Source of the DNA: Tubulanus polymorphus
Taxonomy: Eukaryota; Animalia; Nemertea
Assembly (NCBI RefSeq): GCF_964204645.1
Contig: NC_134029.1
Coordinates: 13,356,850 to 13,420,849, forward strand
Length of the DNA stretch: 64,000 bases
Direction: 5' to 3'
Shown: positions 59,763-64,000 of the stretch, piece after piece
Layout of the letters: every line of letters begins with the position of its first letter
Position numbering within the stretch: position 1 is the first letter of the stretch
The notes under the pieces: generated by a model
The model's database searches: none
The model's input: the letters and a program-made list of their open reading frames with translations, nothing else
What the model was told of the DNA's origin: nothing
Program-made: the position numbers and the translations under genes

Positions 59763-62700
59763 GTGGACAGTAGAATTAGAGTTAGCAGAGACATTCCACG
59801 AGAAATCCGCTATCAGCGCAAAATGCTTTTCGAGAAGCTTAACGAAATTAAGCGCAGTTATCCGCAGTCAAAGTGCTATGTCACATATGTTAAGTTAATC
59901 CACGAGGGCACTGTGTTCAAATCGGTCGGAGGGAAAATAGTTTCTATATCTAGAGAAACCGTAAATCGCCAACCGTTCAACCGAAAACAACCACCGCGCC
60001 GGCCAGATGCAACACAGCAGAATACAGATACGTATGGTCCGATACTACTTGCGTTGACTGCAGCCGGAAAATAAGAATTGCATTCGAGAAATCTAACCCC
60101 AGATATTCAAAACCGGGCCACAAACCGACGACATTAAGACAAATGTGAGCGTTTCGATTTGATTAGCAAACGCTGTTCTTAACGAAAGCCTGATGGAACA
60201 AGATGAACACGCAGAGCTAGATAGAAATCCAAACGGCTAGAAATATTGTGTTTAAATGTATGGTGGTCTCTAATCTAAAATTAACTGTAAAGAATTTATC
60301 TCTGAGTATAAATATGCTGATAAACTAATATTTACGGAAACTAAATTGACTGCTCTAGATGAAATATGGGTTTCCAAATATTTTGAATCACTTGATTTTC
60401 AAGTTGTTTAATTATTCAAATATGGGTACCAGAAAATCTGGTGGAATACTCATAGCATTTAAAACTGGAAGTCACATATACATCCTGTTAAGAAAACTAG
60501 TGATATAACACAGTGGATCAAGATATCAAAACGTTTAAGTGGTTCTAACTAAGAGTTTTTACCTGAGCGGTACCTTATCCCGCCCGGGTCTAGTAAATTC
60601 AGTGGCCCTCATTTTTTCTTTATTTTGATGAATTAAGTACCGATACAACCCAATTGTTTCCAGAAAACGAGTGTCATATTTGTATCTGTGGAGATCTAAA
60701 AACGCACACCAAAGAAATGCAAGACTTCGCTTTCTACGTTGAAAGGTTTGAAGCTGAGGACTTCTTTAACGAATCCAATGTAGATATTTCTTATTTGAAA
60801 GCAGATATTCTGCTTGAGCGTCTCAACAAAGATAACACGTTCATTATTGGGGTTACCGCCTGTCTGATTTCTGCAAAACTCACGGGTTACTTGTTGCAAA
60901 TGGCAGAATTGATAAGGATAGAGGTGTCGGTACTTATACATGTCTTAAGGGGAATAGCCAGCGCGTCATAGATTACTTCATTGTCTCGCCCCACATCCTA
61001 AAGTGTGCCGGGTTCTAAGTCAAAGAGTTAAACCACATGTTTTCGGATGTGCACTGCCCAGTTAAGTGTATTCTAAATACATTGGACCGTATCGAGTGTA
61101 ATGTTTCCCCTCGTTTCAACAACAAAAGGAATAAAGAGAAGTTAAAGTGGAATCCCGTGAACCAGGCAATTTGAGAATCTTTTCCTCAGAAATCTTAGAT
61201 GATATGATATCAGATATATATCACTGAATAAAATTGACTGTAACGTTGCAAATGAGCGGTTATGTGAACACTTGGTCGAAGCAACTGAAGCGTCAATGGG
61301 TAGGTTTAAAATCAACAACAAGGGTCAAGAAGTACACAAAGCAAGGACTCGGTATTCTATAATGCAAATGTAAAACTGAATCAGAGAAACTTTAGAAGAG
61401 CGAAACGACGCTATCGATTTAGCAAAACTAATACTAATCGTTATAAGATAAAAACCCACTATCTACAGATTAAAAGAATTTAAAAACAAGAATTTATTTA
61501 TTCAATCTAAAATATATATAAATGACACGACGTTTCGATCTCACCCTAGAGATCATCGTCACACCTGACGATGATCTCTAGGGTGATATCTGCGGCTCTT
61601 TAATCTGTAGATAGTGGGTTTTTATCTTATTATCCGTTTACCACGTTTGATTGTGGTTATCGTTCTAATACTAATCGTATTCACGTTAATGATGCCTCTA
61701 AAGAGTATAAATAATCACTGAAACGGAGGAAGCTAGAACTGGCAAAATTACATAACCAGACACCGAGATCAATGGAAAATAAGAACCTAAAATATTATTT
61801 CTAAATATTTCAATATACCGAGTAGTTCTGACTGTAAAGCTTCTCAGGAAGATCTCTTCCACCATTTTAGTCACCTAAATGACAATATAGATGAGAATAT
61901 GTCTAATGTAGAAAACTCCGTTGATAAACTATTTGTCGATGACTTGAATAAGGATATAGACCGAAGCAAAAACCCCCTGAACCAGAACCAAGCGGGCTTC
62001 CGGAAGAAGCATAGTATCAGAACTAATAAAAGTATAGTATCAACGACCATATTTCTTTAAAACAATTGCGGAGCTTTTCTTGAAAGACAATATAAACTTT
62101 TACTCTGAAATTATTGACTATATTAAGGCATTAGACACTCTATGGAGGAAGACAATGTATAGCCACATAAAATCTGTAGTTAAAATTTAGGAGGTAAGTT
62201 CAGAATCTTTCCTAAATAATCTCATATGTGTCAATGACCTCGAAGAATACATGTATCAAAATAGTTGCTCATCTATTAATTTCCCTGTAAATGATATGTG
62301 ACTCCGGCTCTTAGCATTATTGTATGCAGACGATACTATTTTGATAGCTGAAAGTGCAGCTAATCTGCAGCAGATGCTTGATGTAACGGCTAGTTGTTGT
62401 AAATTGTGGAAACTAATTATCATTACCAATAGAACGAAAGTGATGATATTCGGAAAGAAGCTCAAAGCGTTACCCAGCTTTTTACATAGACGGAAATGAA
62501 ATAGAAACTGTTGAGATTTTCGATACCTAGGGATAATATTTAACTACAATTGGGTCGTTTAGTAAGTGTAAGGAAAGTATTTGTGAAAATGCCAAGGAAA
62601 GTCTATTTTTGTACTTAAAAAGGTGAAAGAACCGTTACTTGATCGGGATGTAGCTGCTAAGTTATTTGACTCTATGTTTGCACCAATTCTAACTATTATA

Positions 62701-63860
62701 TTATTATTATATGCAGACGACACAATTTTATTTGCAGAATCAGAATCTGAATTACAAAACAATTTAAATATACTATATGATTATTGCCAAGTAAACAAGT
62801 TATTTGTTAACATTGATAAAACGAAAATAATGATTTTTGCAAGATCGAAGCAAAGATTAAAAAACCTTCCCGATTTTCTATTCGGTGATGAGACATTGGA
62901 AAGAGTAGATAAGTACAATTATCTTGGAATTTTGTTTAATTGGGATGGAAAATTTACAAAAGCGAAAAAAGCAATTCACGACAAAGCTGTTCGAGCAATG
63001 TTTGCTATTATTCAAAAAGGCAGAAGATGTAATCTTCCTCCAGACTTACTTTTTAAATTATTTGATTGTTGTGTTGCACCAATTCTATTGTACGGGTGTG
63101 AAATATGGGGCCATGAAAATATCGATATACTAGAAAAAGTCCACACAAGGTTTTGTAAATTAGTTCTAAAAGTACCAAAATTCTGCCATAATACTATGAT
63201 ATATGGCGAGACTGGCAGATTACCTTTATCGACTACTATTAAACTTAGAATGATTAAATATTGGAACAAAACTTTGAATGCTAACAAGTCAAAGCTGAAT
63301 CTAGTAATGTATAATATTTTGTACGACTTATACAGAAAAGATTTATATGTATCTGATTGGATTTGCCAAATTAAGGAAATTATCAAGACCAGGTAATCGA
63401 TCTACGGTCGATAAATATCATAAAACAATCTCTAAAAGATAGATACATTCAGACATGGAGGGAAAAATTGCAAAATAGTGACATATGCGTAAATTATAGA
63501 ATCTTCAAACTTAAATATGATTATGAAAACTATTTATCCGTTGTACCGAACCACCTCATGTATAGTCTCGCTGAATTTCGGATCGGTAGCCGTAAATTAG
63601 ATGCAAACAAACTTAGCAATGTAAAAACATTGATAGAAACGAACGTATTTGTACATATTGTAGTCTTAACAAAATCGGTGATGAATTCCATTTTCTTTTG
63701 AGTGTTCCAAACTATACAATATACGAAGAGTTTTCTTAACACCTTTTTATGTAAATAGACCAAACACTTTTAAAATGTCACAATTACTTAATGCTGTAAA
63801 TAACAATATATTAATTAAACTCGCTGGATTGTAAATGCTGGTCTCAAGCTACTTAAGTAA
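59763..63860 (+). mobile_element. Decayed non-LTR retrotransposon(s), RTE-X/CR1-like; two RT remnants joined
   Basis: ORF1-like tail at 59763, AP-endonuclease remnants (FTETK, ICGDL), YADD at ~62325 and ~62710, YLGI, PILLYGCEIWG, YGETGR, terminal DEFHF motif. Confidence 0.82.
61442..61664. mobile_element. Short fold-back Penelope-derived insertion with 14-bp TSD and split hammerhead motif
   Basis: ctaatactaatcgt at 61428-61441 and 61665-61678; inner hairpin 61537-61590 and outer arms 61443-61477/61597-61630; shares sequence with 25300-25341. Confidence 0.8.
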
Positions 63861-64000
63861 AATTCATGTATACATTTCTGTTATCTCTATTATTATTCTA
63901 TTCTCTGTGTATCTCTGTTTTCTTGTTTTTAAGTTTTGTAAATTATAAATTTTATCGTACAAATTCTTGTAACCTCTATGTACCAATGTTTGGTTAGAGC

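Overview
AT-rich, repeat-saturated eukaryotic (probably invertebrate animal) DNA with no recognisable intact host gene. About 40 kb is occupied by three related but mosaic copies of an integrated Polinton/Maverick-type virus: A (<1-8735, minus, truncated), B (~27740-42420, plus; pPolB, penton, small membrane proteins, MCP, rve integrase, A32-like ATPase) and C (~42420-58500, minus), with B and C tail-to-tail. The notable signals are: (i) a full-size Ser-initiated LAGLIDADG intein in the YFD/TD catalytic motif of copy B's protein-primed DNA polymerase, with two intein-free alleles in the same window that differ synonymously exactly at the insertion site; (ii) a poxvirus/NCLDV VLTF3-like gene in copy B; (iii) a T-run + TAAATG motif, matching the poxvirus late promoter, at almost every viral start codon. 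Together these suggest (inference) a Polinton lineage adapted to a pox-like giant-virus helper. The rest is nested transposon debris: a solo LTR, Helentron-type elements, a CACTA-like fragment, a Penelope element with a hammerhead motif, a pogo/Tigger transposon, MITEs and LINE remnants. All family calls come from motif recognition by eye; no searches were run.
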